Assembly (NCBI GenBank): GCA_044343935.1
Contig: JBIJDU010000001.1
Location: 29,151-93,150, forward strand
DNA: 64,000 nucleotides
Source of the DNA: Candidatus Nanopelagicales bacterium
GTDB lineage: Bacteria; Actinomycetota; Actinomycetes; S36-B12; UBA5976
Reading direction: 5' to 3'
The notes beneath the pieces were generated by a model. It saw nothing but the letters and a program-made list of their open reading frames with translations, made no database searches and had not been told where the DNA came from. Of the stretch, positions 17,267 to 27,195 are shown piece by piece. The translations under genes and the position numbers were made by a program. Within the stretch, counting starts at the first letter, position 1, and each line of letters opens with the position of its first letter.

Positions 17267-17886
17267 TGCAGCAAGGCAACTCAGTTGTGTTACGACACCA
17301 AGACTTAGAGTTGTCAGCAATAAGATTACGTGATCGAAAAAACTATTTGAAAATCAGAGAATTAAATCGAGATTGGTTTTTACCTTGGGACGCAACTCTT
17401 CCTAAATCAAAACTTACCGATGCGGCTCTTTCAAAATCAGTATTTGATCCTGCATCTAATGAAGCGTTCTTTTCACTTTATTTTTCAGCTCGTAAAGCAA
17501 ATAGTTCTGGCAGCGGGCTAACCCTGGCGATGCGAACCAAGGGAAAGCAGATTGGCCTCATCACGGCGGCGAATATGGTTTACGGCGCGGCCCGGAGTTG
17601 TCAGATTGGGTATTGGATCGACCAGCGATTTGCCGGTCGTGGTTACACGCCAAGAGCGGTGGCGTTGCTGATTGATTACCTGCTACTGGAACGGGATTTT
17701 CATCGAGTTGAAATTGCGATTCGCCCAGAGAATCAAGCAAGTTTGCGAGTGGTGCAGAAGTTAGCGCTGCGCTCTGAAGGTCGACGACCTCGCTATTTGC
17801 ATATCGCTGGGGATTGGCGAGACCATGAAATATTTGCAATTGACAGTTCCGAAATTGGAATTGGATTAATTAGTCGTTGGGGTTGA
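17266..17886 (+). CDS. GNAT N-acetyltransferase, RimJ/RimL-like
   Basis: Acetyl-CoA motif QRFAGRGYTPRAV. The ATG overlaps the galU stop (TAATG). Occupies the same position as M. tuberculosis rimJ. Confidence 0.8.
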   Translation: MQQGNSVVLRHQDLELSAIRLRDRKNYLKIRELNRDWFLPWDATLPKSKLTDAALSKSVFDPASNEAFFSLYFSARKANSSGSGLTLAMRTKGKQIGLITAANMVYGAARSCQIGYWIDQRFAGRGYTPRAVALLIDYLLLERDFHRVEIAIRPENQASLRVVQKLALRSEGRRPRYLHIAGDWRDHEIFAIDSSEIGIGLISRWG

Positions 17887-17938
17887 TTGCGGCGAGCCTC
17901 ACCATTGATCAGTTGCTTTAAATCCATACTTTGTTGCC

Positions 17939-18559
17939 GTGGGATCAGGACTGCTCTATTTATCGATCGTCGTACTTTGGGCTGCCGTCTTGGTCCCAAT
18001 GTGGTTGAAGCGACTGACCCAAAATGAATTAGGCAGTATTGCCAGATTCAATCGCTCGATGTCCTTGTTAGGTGCTGTCCCACAGCGGGAAGTTCCCACT
18101 TATCGCGCAATGACCCCAGCTCAACTTGCTGCCACAAGACGCCGCCGCACTGTATTAATTTTGAGCGCGGTCACCGTTTTTGGTTCAGCAGTTTCAATCG
18201 TCACCGGTTTTTGGTTGTTAATGGTGATCCCAGCCACTTTGTTGTTTAGTTTTTTTGCTATTGCCTGGCGGGCAATAAAAATTCAAGAAGTGCAAACTGC
18301 GCCGACTGCTAGAGCAAGATTGAATATATCTCGATCCGAATTAGCCGCGAAAGCAAGAGAATGGAATGCGACGCCACCAGTTTTACCAAACCGAGTCGTT
18401 ACTGAATCAGTTTCCGGCCTTACGGGTCAACAGATGTTAGATCTTGCTGCTGCCCAAACCGCCACACCAGCACCGTCTGATCTAGAAATCGAATCTAATC
18501 AGGTTGATGAACCGGTAGTAATAGATGATGCACCAGAGCAACAATCAGCCGCTGGCTAG
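17939..18559 (+). CDS. membrane protein resembling the Rv0996/GlpR/SepX family
   Basis: N-terminal TM GLLYLSIVVLWAAVLVPMWLKR, then two more TM segments and a disordered tail. Lies downstream of rimJ as in mycobacteria. The family assignment is by recollection and synteny only. Confidence 0.45.
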   Translation: MGSGLLYLSIVVLWAAVLVPMWLKRLTQNELGSIARFNRSMSLLGAVPQREVPTYRAMTPAQLAATRRRRTVLILSAVTVFGSAVSIVTGFWLLMVIPATLLFSFFAIAWRAIKIQEVQTAPTARARLNISRSELAAKAREWNATPPVLPNRVVTESVSGLTGQQMLDLAAAQTATPAPSDLEIESNQVDEPVVIDDAPEQQSAAG

Positions 18560-18570
18560 AGGTAACTGTT

Positions 18571-19263
18571 ATGAATACATCGCATAGCGATGACGCGGCT
18601 AATGCCCAGAAGGAATATGCTGGTTTGGAATATTTTTCACAGTTATATGGATCTAAAAATGATAATGGTGAACCACAACAAACTAAATTAGATAAATTCC
18701 GTGACCGGTTTCTAGTGCGACTTTATATAAAGTATGGCGCTGTACCATTGGCAGAATCTCGAGTACTTGACGTTGGCTGCGGCTATGGTTGGCTGCTAGA
18801 AAATTTTGTAGGTGCGGCGAAACTAGTTGGAATAGATATCTCACACCACGCGGTTGAAATTGCCACTGCCCGAAATCCTGATCTTTTATTTAAGCAAGGA
18901 AATCTAGAACAACCCATTGACCTCCAAGAAACTTTCGATTTGGTTCTTGCGAACAATGTAATTGAGCATCTCCAAAATCCAGTTTCTGGGATTAATTCAA
19001 TTTCAGCGGTTTGCCATACCAACTCAATTGTGCTGGTCCATTTGCCAACGATCTCTAACTCTCTGACTCGGTGGGAGTATAAAAAACTGTATGACTCAGA
19101 TCCAACTCATATTTATCGCCCCAGCGGCAAGCAAATTAGAGAGCTGTTTGAGTCAAATGGTTTTACCACCATAAGAGACAGCTTTTTACCTCATTACCCA
19201 GCTTGGCTGACCAAACTTTATCCAATTCATCCAGCTTATCTTGCAGTATTTCGCAAGCAGTAA
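18571..19263 (+). CDS. class I SAM-dependent methyltransferase
   Basis: Motif I VLDVGCGYGWLL, post-I GIDIS, then VLANNVIEHL. The 5' part is AT-rich. Confidence 0.8.
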   Translation: MNTSHSDDAANAQKEYAGLEYFSQLYGSKNDNGEPQQTKLDKFRDRFLVRLYIKYGAVPLAESRVLDVGCGYGWLLENFVGAAKLVGIDISHHAVEIATARNPDLLFKQGNLEQPIDLQETFDLVLANNVIEHLQNPVSGINSISAVCHTNSIVLVHLPTISNSLTRWEYKKLYDSDPTHIYRPSGKQIRELFESNGFTTIRDSFLPHYPAWLTKLYPIHPAYLAVFRKQ

Positions 19264-19325
19264 AATTGAGATCTGCACCTTTTCGCGGTGCTAATCTGGG
19301 CTACCAAATATCAAAGGGGCATTAG

Positions 19326-20180
19326 GTGAGCGGCTTACTGATTCTATTAGGTATGCCGATAGGTAATGTCAGCGATGCGTCACCACATTTGGTTCAAGTT
19401 TTATCTAAGGCTGATTTGATTGCGGCAGAAGATACCCGTAAATATTTTCGTATTGCAGCTGAATTAGGAATTGCAAAAAATGCAAAAGTTATTTCATATC
19501 ATGACACAACTGAAGCTGATCGAGTAATTGAGTTATTAGCTGCGTTAGATCGTGGAGAAACAGTCGTATTGTTAACAGATGCAGGAATGCCAACAATCTC
19601 AGATCCCGGTTATCGAATTGTAGTTGCTGCAGTTAATGCCGGCTATCGCATCACAACCGTACCAGGTCCTTCAGCGGTAACTGCAGCGCTTGCGGTAAGT
19701 GGATTACCCACCGATCGATTTTGCTTTGAAGGTTTTTTGTCCCGAAAAGCCGGTGAACGAAAGTCACAGTTAACGGATTTACTCGATGAGCGCAGAACCA
19801 TGGTCTTCTTTGAAGCACCGCATCGCCTGCAAACAACATTGCAGGACATGCAAGAGATCTTTGGCGCCGATCGAAAAGGTGCGATCTGTCGAGAATTAAC
19901 AAAAAGTTATGAAGAAATAGTGCGAGGCGACTTAGCTGAGTTATCACATTGGGCAACAGGTGAAGTTTTAGGAGAAATTACGCTGGTTATTGCTGGTTGT
20001 GGTAATGCACCAAAGCTAGATCTTGCCAATCCGGTCCACCAAGTTCGAGTTTTGGCCTTGGTGGCAGAGCACCCGCTGGCAGCAACCGACCGAAAGTTGG
20101 CAATTGCAGCAGTGGCTAAACAATTGAATTTGGCCAAGCGTGAGGTGTACGACCTAGTGGCTAAATCTCCGAAAGCATAG
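19326..20180 (+). CDS. rsmI: 16S rRNA (cytidine1402-2'-O)-methyltransferase
   Basis: GMPIGNVSDASPHLVQVLSKADLIAAEDTR and DAGMPTISDPG motifs. Confidence 0.9.
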   Translation: MSGLLILLGMPIGNVSDASPHLVQVLSKADLIAAEDTRKYFRIAAELGIAKNAKVISYHDTTEADRVIELLAALDRGETVVLLTDAGMPTISDPGYRIVVAAVNAGYRITTVPGPSAVTAALAVSGLPTDRFCFEGFLSRKAGERKSQLTDLLDERRTMVFFEAPHRLQTTLQDMQEIFGADRKGAICRELTKSYEEIVRGDLAELSHWATGEVLGEITLVIAGCGNAPKLDLANPVHQVRVLALVAEHPLAATDRKLAIAAVAKQLNLAKREVYDLVAKSPKA

Positions 20181-20189
20181 GATTTAGCA

Positions 20190-21773
20190 ATGGCCAACTC
20201 CTTCTACATCACAACTCCGATTTATTACGTGAACGATGCGCCACATATCGGACATGCCTATACCACCTGTGCTGCAGACTTGCTTTCGCGCTGGCATCGA
20301 ATGCGCGGTGAGGAAGTTTGGTTTTTAACTGGCACTGATGAGCATGGCACGAAAGTAGAACGGGCTGCTGCTGCAAATAATGTCACACCACAGCAGTGGT
20401 GTGACAACTTAGTGAACAACGCTTGGTTGCCCGAGCTTGCCAAAATCGATGCTTCTAACGACGACTTTATTAGGACGACAGATGATCGTCACAAAGTAGG
20501 CGTTCAAGTTTTTTGGCAGCGATTGATGGATAATGGATTTGTAACCAAGGGTAAATATGAAGGCCCATATTGTGTTGGTTGTGAAGAGTTTAAACTGCCA
20601 GGTGATTTAGTTGACGGAACTGGTGATTACCAGGGCAAAGAGTGCTGTCCAGTTCATTCCAAACCCGTTGAAATTCTGCAAGAAAATAATTACTTTTTTG
20701 CTCTATCTAGATTCCAAGATGAGTTAATTGCGCACTATGAAGCAAATCCGGATCGAATTCAACCAGAATCTGCCTATAACGAAGTAATGTCTTTTCTCAA
20801 GCTGGGACTGCAAGATATCTCCATGTCACGCTCCACCGTTGGCTGGGGAATTCAAGTACCTTGGGATAGCGATCAAGTTATTTATGTTTGGTTTGATGCT
20901 TTATTGAATTACGCTACGGCAATAAATTACGCAGGGTATGCGGACGGTAGCGATAAGGCACAATTTGAAAAGTTTTGGCCAGCAGTTCATTTAGTTGGGA
21001 AAGATATTCTCAGATTCCACGCAGTTTATTGGCCAGCTATGTTGCTTGCTGCCGGTTTGCCATTACCCCGAACCGTTTATGCCCACGGCTGGCTATTGGT
21101 TGGTGGTGAAAAGATGAGTAAATCAAAGCTAACGGGAATTTCACCAAGTCAGATAATTGATCAATTCGGTTCAGATGCATTTCGGTATTACTTCATGCGC
21201 GCGATCAACTTTGGCCAAGATGGGTCGTTCTCTTGGGAAGACATTTCAGCTCGATATACCGCTGAATTGGCTAATGGGTTAGGTAATTTGGCCTCTCGAT
21301 TAACGGCGATGTTAGAAAAGTACTGCGATACAAAAGTGCCGGCACCAGGTGAATATCTACCGGCAGATAGACTAATAATTGATCTTGTTGCCAGCAATGC
21401 CAAAAAAGCGGACGAAGCAATTGACAGATTTGAAATTGCAACTGCGATTACATTTACAAAAGAGATTGTTGATGCAGTTAATCTGTATGTCACTGAACAA
21501 ACACCATGGGTGTTGGCAAAAGATGAGGCGAATAAGGCCCGACTTCATACAGTTTTGTATGTTATCGCTGAATCGTTGCGAGCAATCGCGGTGCTGCATC
21601 ACCCAGTTATGCCTAAAGCAACAACTTTGCTATGGCAGATGTTAGGCGCAACTGCAATAGGCAGTATTGGCAATCAATTAATGAGTTCCGCTGGGAATTG
21701 GGGTCAGTTGCCAGTAGGCACGATCACGGAGAAGAAAGAATCACTATTCCCCAGACTTGCCGAGGAAGCTTAA
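20190..21773 (+). CDS. metG: methionine--tRNA ligase (short form)
   Basis: HIGH motif (PHIGHAY) and KMSKS. CxxC...CP zinc knuckle. 527 aa, so it lacks the C-terminal Trbp111-like domain. Confidence 0.95.
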   Translation: MANSFYITTPIYYVNDAPHIGHAYTTCAADLLSRWHRMRGEEVWFLTGTDEHGTKVERAAAANNVTPQQWCDNLVNNAWLPELAKIDASNDDFIRTTDDRHKVGVQVFWQRLMDNGFVTKGKYEGPYCVGCEEFKLPGDLVDGTGDYQGKECCPVHSKPVEILQENNYFFALSRFQDELIAHYEANPDRIQPESAYNEVMSFLKLGLQDISMSRSTVGWGIQVPWDSDQVIYVWFDALLNYATAINYAGYADGSDKAQFEKFWPAVHLVGKDILRFHAVYWPAMLLAAGLPLPRTVYAHGWLLVGGEKMSKSKLTGISPSQIIDQFGSDAFRYYFMRAINFGQDGSFSWEDISARYTAELANGLGNLASRLTAMLEKYCDTKVPAPGEYLPADRLIIDLVASNAKKADEAIDRFEIATAITFTKEIVDAVNLYVTEQTPWVLAKDEANKARLHTVLYVIAESLRAIAVLHHPVMPKATTLLWQMLGATAIGSIGNQLMSSAGNWGQLPVGTITEKKESLFPRLAEEA

Positions 21774-22640
21774 GTGACGCTACCGCCGTTACCACAGCGA
21801 TTACCGGCTGCGGTTGCAGATGCTCATGTTCACATTGATATGGGAATTGGTAAATCTCATAATGCATTGGATTTAGATAAAGATCGGGCTGAAATTGAAT
21901 CGTTGATTGAGTTAGCCACTGAAGTTAATGTCACCAAATTGATAAATGTTGGTTGCGAGATTCCGGGAGCCCGATTTGCCATTGAGTTTGCAAAACGTTA
22001 CCCAGGTGTTTTTGCCGCAGTTGCACTTCACCCAAATGAAGCGCCACGGATTGCTCGAGAAGAAGGGATGGCTACTTTCCAGGCTGCGTTAGCTGAAATC
22101 GCTGAGTTGGCAACAGCGGAAAAGTGTGTTGCGGTAGGCGAGACTGGTATGGACTTTTTTCGAACTACCGAGCTGTCAGATTTAAAAATACAAGTGGAAT
22201 CTTTTAGATATCACATTGACCTTGCAAAAAGCCTTGATAAGACTTTAATGATCCACGATCGAGATTCCCATCACGATATCCTGCGGGTGCTCGACAGTGA
22301 AGGAATTCCGGATCGAGTCATGATGCATTGCTTCTCAGGTGATGCTGACTTTGCAAAAGCGTGTCTTGATCGAGGGTTTTATTTGTCTTTTGCAGGTACA
22401 GTGACGTTTAAGAATGCAGCAAATTTAAGGGAAGCATTAAGCGTTACGCCGCAAGATCGAATATTAGTTGAAACTGATGCGCCATTTTTAACACCAGATC
22501 CGTATCGTGGTGCACCAAATGCTTCCTACATGATTGGCTATACCATGCGATTTATGGCAGATCATCGTGGTGAAGATTTGACGCAATTCTGTAATGCAGT
22601 TATGAACAACACTAATCGCGTATTTAATTTGGTGAACTGA
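21774..22640 (+). CDS. tatD: TatD-family metal-dependent hydrolase
   Basis: DAHVHID, GETGMDF and HCFSG motifs. Abuts the metG stop. Confidence 0.9.
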   Translation: MTLPPLPQRLPAAVADAHVHIDMGIGKSHNALDLDKDRAEIESLIELATEVNVTKLINVGCEIPGARFAIEFAKRYPGVFAAVALHPNEAPRIAREEGMATFQAALAEIAELATAEKCVAVGETGMDFFRTTELSDLKIQVESFRYHIDLAKSLDKTLMIHDRDSHHDILRVLDSEGIPDRVMMHCFSGDADFAKACLDRGFYLSFAGTVTFKNAANLREALSVTPQDRILVETDAPFLTPDPYRGAPNASYMIGYTMRFMADHRGEDLTQFCNAVMNNTNRVFNLVN

Positions 22641-23479
22641 TGTTGCTCGGCCCTAATGAAATAAATCAACTATTAAAAGTGTTATCGGTTAAACCTACTA
22701 AAAAACTTGGTCAGAACTTTGTGCATGATGGAAACATTGTTCGAAAAATTGTCAAAGAAGCTCAACTAGACATATCTGATATCGTGTTAGAAGTTGGTCC
22801 TGGCTTAGGTTCGCTCACGTTAGGCTTACTGCCCTATTGTCAAAAGGTAATTGCAGTTGATATCGATCAACGCTTTGTGGAGCAACTGCCACAAACTGTC
22901 ATTAAATATGAGCCAGAACTAATTGGTAAATTAGAAGTTCATCATAAAGATGCGCTGAAATTAGAGACTTCTGATTTAACTGTGCCACCAACTGCGCTAG
23001 TTGCAAACCTGCCTTACAACGTTTCAGTTCCGGTAATCATCACTTTGTTGAGTAAATTTCCTAGCATCAGCAAGATGTTGGTCATGGTGCAAGCCGAAGT
23101 GGCTGATCGTCTAGCTGCAGCTCCTGGTGATGCGGCATACGGCGCACCTAGCGTCAAACTGCAGTGGTTTATGAACGTGAGCCGAGGCGCAAATATTCCT
23201 CGGCCGGTATTTATTCCAGTGCCTAACGTTGATTCTGGATTAGTGTTTGGCCAGCGAGTAGCTCCGATTCAAACCAAAGTAAGTCAAGCACAAATATTTA
23301 AAGTAATTGATTCGGCATTTAATCAGCGTCGCAAAATGCTGCGAAGCGCGCTTAGTGGAGTAGCAGGTAGTTCGGCAGCAGCAGAAAAGGCACTAATTAC
23401 TGCTGGGATTGACCCAACTTTGCGTGGCGAGATGCTCAATATTGACCAGTATGTGAGACTCACGGAAGCGTTAAATTAA
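22640..23479 (+). CDS. rsmA: 16S rRNA (adenine1518/1519-N6)-dimethyltransferase
   Basis: KKLGQNFV, EVGPGLGSLT and ANLPYN motifs. 1-nt overlap with tatD (TGATG). Confidence 0.9.
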   Translation: MLLGPNEINQLLKVLSVKPTKKLGQNFVHDGNIVRKIVKEAQLDISDIVLEVGPGLGSLTLGLLPYCQKVIAVDIDQRFVEQLPQTVIKYEPELIGKLEVHHKDALKLETSDLTVPPTALVANLPYNVSVPVIITLLSKFPSISKMLVMVQAEVADRLAAAPGDAAYGAPSVKLQWFMNVSRGANIPRPVFIPVPNVDSGLVFGQRVAPIQTKVSQAQIFKVIDSAFNQRRKMLRSALSGVAGSSAAAEKALITAGIDPTLRGEMLNIDQYVRLTEALN

Positions 23480-23488
23480 GGTTCAGTT

Positions 23489-24406
23489 GTGAAAATAACT
23501 GCTTCAGCGCCGGCAAAAATTAATTTACAGTTGAGCGTAGGTGCGCTTCGGCTGGATCAGTATCATGATTTAGTCACGGTTTATCAAGCTCTCGACCTGC
23601 GCGATCAGGTGAGTATCGCTGAACGCGCTGAGGGCATGGGTGTGCAATGCAGCGTTAATGGTGAATTCACCGATGGCGTGCCAGGCGATGAAACTAATCT
23701 GGCAGTTCGTGCTGTGAAATTAGTAGCGGAACAAGCTGGTGCTAGCTGTGACTTATCAATCGATATTAAAAAAGCTATTCCCGTTGCAGCCGGATTAGCG
23801 GGTGGCTCGGCAGATGCCGCCGCAGCTTTTGTTGCGGCTGCTGAACTTTATGGTTACGGCGGTGATCTGCAAATTTTGGCAGCTCAGCTTGGTTCAGATA
23901 TTGGATTTTCGCTCATTGGTGGAACTGCTCTAGGAACCTCTCGCGGTGAAGTAGTAGTACCGGTTATGTCACGCGGAGATTACTGCTGGGTGATTATGAG
24001 TTCAACGAACGGTTTATCAACGCCTCGGGTATATCAAAAACTTGACCAACTTCGTGACGAGGGATCGGTGCGAGCGCCACTTCAACTACAGCCGAAACCA
24101 GAATTACTGCAAGCACTACTGGCAGCATCACCAACTGACTTAGCAAAACACTTAAGTAATGATTTACAGCCAGCAGCATTAGCAATAGCACCTAAATTAC
24201 AACGGTTACTTGATGCTGCAATAGATGATGGGGCATTAGCTGCAATAGTTGCTGGATCTGGACCTACCTGTATTGCGTTAGCTAAGGACTACGAACACGC
24301 TCTTGATATTGCGGCAAGAATAACGGTAACGAATTTAGCTAATCGGGTATTGGTGGCGAAAGGACCAGCTCCAGGCGCAGAGTTAGTATCAATAGATAGA
24401 AACTAA
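23489..24406 (+). CDS. ispE: 4-diphosphocytidyl-2-C-methyl-D-erythritol kinase
   Basis: APAKINL and the GHMP motif PVAAGLAGGSADAAA. Confidence 0.9.
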   Translation: MKITASAPAKINLQLSVGALRLDQYHDLVTVYQALDLRDQVSIAERAEGMGVQCSVNGEFTDGVPGDETNLAVRAVKLVAEQAGASCDLSIDIKKAIPVAAGLAGGSADAAAAFVAAAELYGYGGDLQILAAQLGSDIGFSLIGGTALGTSRGEVVVPVMSRGDYCWVIMSSTNGLSTPRVYQKLDQLRDEGSVRAPLQLQPKPELLQALLAASPTDLAKHLSNDLQPAALAIAPKLQRLLDAAIDDGALAAIVAGSGPTCIALAKDYEHALDIAARITVTNLANRVLVAKGPAPGAELVSIDRN

Positions 24407-24894
24407 TTGTTGAATTGTTTGGTTAATTCCTTGAGCAAGTCAGCCAATTGAGATTGTTCGGTTGCAGATAAGTCTGCCAATAACTCAGCTTCAAGATTGA
24501 GCAGTTCTGTAAAGGCCGCGTCGACTAATTCTTTTCCTGCCTGAGTTAAGGAAACAATAATGCTTCGGCCATCGGCAGGATCTGGTCTACGCGAAACCAA
24601 GCCACGTTTTTCCAATCTGTCTATCCGATTTGTCATAGTGCCAGAGGTAACTAAGTTCTCTCTGATTAACTCTCTAGGTAACAGCGCATATGGTTTACCA
24701 GCTCGCCGCAGCGATGCCAACACATCAAACTCCCATGACTCCAAATTTGATTTAGCAAATGCGGTTTTGCGCCCCATATCTAAATGGTGCGCCAATCTGG
24801 AAACCCGCGATAGAACTTGCAGTGCAGTTAAGTTTAAATCTGGTCGTTCTCGCTCCCAGGCTGCCACAATATTGTCGACTTCATCCATCATCAA
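24403..24894 (-). CDS. MarR-family transcriptional regulator
   Basis: Winged-HTH LVTSGTMTNRIDRLEKRGLVSRRPDPADGR. Confidence 0.85.
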   Translation of the reverse strand: MMMDEVDNIVAAWERERPDLNLTALQVLSRVSRLAHHLDMGRKTAFAKSNLESWEFDVLASLRRAGKPYALLPRELIRENLVTSGTMTNRIDRLEKRGLVSRRPDPADGRSIIVSLTQAGKELVDAAFTELLNLEAELLADLSATEQSQLADLLKELTKQFNN

Positions 24895-25535
24895 TATTTA
24901 GGTTGTGGCTCTAAATGCTTCAGTCCGTTCCAAGACAAGTTGACTAAGTGTGCAACCACAATCTCTCTATTGGGTCGCTTTGGGGCATCTAGCCACCATT
25001 GACCTGTAAGCGAAACTAATCCAACCAGCGCATGCGCATATAACGGTGCAGTGCCTTTATCAAAACCATTCTTGGTTAGCTCAATTGCCAATAGTGACTC
25101 TGCTTGACCCGCAAAATCTCTTATCAATCCAGCGTATCGTGACTCATCAGTAGCGCTAGGTGCATCTCGCACCAAGATACGAAAACCATCTTCAGATTCT
25201 TCAATATATTGAAAAAATGCCTCAGCAGCTCGCTGCACTACTTTTCGCGCGCCACCGCCGTCAAATGCCGCTGACACTAAGCTGATCAATCGATTCATTT
25301 CGCGATCAACAATTACGGCATACACCCCATCTTTGCCGCCAAAGTGTTCGTAGATAACTGGCTTTGAGACGCCGGCGCTGTGGGCGATTTCTTCTACCGT
25401 GACAGATTCATAGCCTTTTTCAGCAAATAACTTGCGGGCGATTCCAATTAGTTGTTCCCGCCGCTGCACGCCAGTCATTCGGGACTTCGACCCGTTTTTA
25501 CCGATACCGGTTAGGTCAGACTCAATAGTTGCCAT
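24891..25535 (-). CDS. TetR-family transcriptional regulator
   Basis: N-terminal HTH FAEKGYESVTVEEIAHSAGVSKPVIYEHFGGK. Overlaps the MarR gene by 4 nt. Confidence 0.85.
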   Translation of the reverse strand: MATIESDLTGIGKNGSKSRMTGVQRREQLIGIARKLFAEKGYESVTVEEIAHSAGVSKPVIYEHFGGKDGVYAVIVDREMNRLISLVSAAFDGGGARKVVQRAAEAFFQYIEESEDGFRILVRDAPSATDESRYAGLIRDFAGQAESLLAIELTKNGFDKGTAPLYAHALVGLVSLTGQWWLDAPKRPNREIVVAHLVNLSWNGLKHLEPQPKY

Positions 25536-25629
25536 GATCTCCGAAGGTAGTGCAATGACGGGGCTCAGGTCTATCGGGGCGGTTAGATACCCTTACCCCT
25601 TGGGTTTGGTCAACCGACCGATAACCAAT

Positions 25630-25700
25630 TCCGGGATAGTGTAATGGCAGCACTCAGGTCTTTGGATCCTGCTGTGAAGGTTCGAGTCCTTCTCCCGGAG
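25630..25700 (+). tRNA. tRNA-Gln(UUG)
   Basis: Hand fold of TCCGGGATAGTGTAATGGCAGCACTCAGGTCTTTGGATCCTGCTGTGAAGGTTCGAGTCCTTCTCCCGGAG. U1:A72 and G73 are bacterial Gln identity features. Anticodon loop is CTTTGGA. One U-U at 31:39. CCA is not encoded. Confidence 0.85.
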
Positions 25701-25743
25701 CGCACTAGAGTTAACTCAAGCGATCCAGAGCGATTGGGGCTTA

Positions 25744-27195
25744 GTGGCAACAGTTGTAGTGGTGTTGGCAGCCGGAGCTGGCACTCGAATGAAATCTAGT
25801 CTGGCAAAAGTTCTGCACCCAATTGCTGGTCAACCAATTCTTAATCATGTTTTAACTGCGGCAAACTCATTAGAAGCAGATCACACTGTGGTAGTTGTCG
25901 GTCATCAACGCGAAGCCGTAATAGATTATTTGCTGCAGCAGCACCCCACAGTTATTACGGCAGTTCAAGAAAGTCAGAACGGTACTGGCGATGCCACTGC
26001 AGTTGGACTTGCGGCCTTGAGAACTGCCGGGGTAAAGCTTGCGCCCACAGACACCGTGGTCGTCCTTGCTGGCGACATTCCGCTAATTCGACCAGAAACC
26101 TTGCAACCACTAGCTAAGTTGAGCCATGATGCGGTGGTAATTACTTCCATCTTTGCTGACCCAACGGGCTATGGTCGAATTATTCGAACTGGCGAGTTTG
26201 TGACTGCAATTGTGGAAGAAAAAGACGCAACCGATGGGCAGCGAGAGATATTGGAAATTAATTCTGGCATCTATGCCATAAAGCACGAGCATTTGGTTAA
26301 TCATCTAGCTAATTTATCGACCGACAATGCTGCTGCGGAAAAATATTTAACTGATGTAATCAAGGCAATCGCTGATGGTGGCGGCAAAGTACTGGCAGCC
26401 CTTGCTGATGCCGATGATGTAATGGGTGTCAATGACAAAGAACAATTAGCGCAAGCCAATGGTCTGCTCTCTGATCGCATTGCACAATATTGGTTACAAC
26501 AAGGCGTGACCATGATTGATCCAAGCTCAACTTGGATTGATGCCACTGTGAAATTAGCACCAGATGTCTTGCTGTATCCAAATGTTTATCTCGAAGGCAG
26601 TACCACCGTTGCTGCCGGTGCAACAATTGGACCAGATACAGTTCTGCATGATTGCACCGTTGGACTAAGTGCCACAGTGATTTCCAGTCGATGTATTGGG
26701 GCGCAGATAGCAGCAGGCGCATCTGTTGGGCCATTTAGTTATCTCAGACCTGAAGCGCAGTTGGCCGAGAATGCCAAAGTTGGCGCATTTGTAGAAGTTA
26801 AGAAGAGTCGAATCGGTAAGGGCAGCAAGGTGCCACATTTAAGTTATGTTGGCGATGCTGAAATTGGTGAGGAATCAAATATTGGTGCGGCAACCGTGTT
26901 TGTGAATTATGACGGCGAGCACAAACATAAAACAATTGTAGGTAATCATGTTCGAATTGGTTCGGACAGCATGTTGGTAGCACCAGTTGAGATCGGTGAT
27001 GGTGCTTACACTGCAGCCGGATCAGTCATTACAGAGAACGTGCCACCAGGTGCCATGGCAATGGCCCGCAGCCGACAGCGAAACATTTTGGGCTGGGTGC
27101 TGCGAAAACGAGCTGGCAGCAAGAGTGCCGCTGCCGCTGAAACTCATCCGCAATCAGATATCTTCCCACCATCAACCAATTCGGAGGAAGCATGA
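25744..27195 (+). CDS. glmU: bifunctional GlcNAc-1-P uridylyltransferase / GlcN-1-P acetyltransferase
   Basis: LAAGAGTRMKS N-terminus and a long left-handed beta-helix hexapeptide region. GTG start. Confidence 0.95.
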   Translation: MATVVVVLAAGAGTRMKSSLAKVLHPIAGQPILNHVLTAANSLEADHTVVVVGHQREAVIDYLLQQHPTVITAVQESQNGTGDATAVGLAALRTAGVKLAPTDTVVVLAGDIPLIRPETLQPLAKLSHDAVVITSIFADPTGYGRIIRTGEFVTAIVEEKDATDGQREILEINSGIYAIKHEHLVNHLANLSTDNAAAEKYLTDVIKAIADGGGKVLAALADADDVMGVNDKEQLAQANGLLSDRIAQYWLQQGVTMIDPSSTWIDATVKLAPDVLLYPNVYLEGSTTVAAGATIGPDTVLHDCTVGLSATVISSRCIGAQIAAGASVGPFSYLRPEAQLAENAKVGAFVEVKKSRIGKGSKVPHLSYVGDAEIGEESNIGAATVFVNYDGEHKHKTIVGNHVRIGSDSMLVAPVEIGDGAYTAAGSVITENVPPGAMAMARSRQRNILGWVLRKRAGSKSAAAAETHPQSDIFPPSTNSEEA

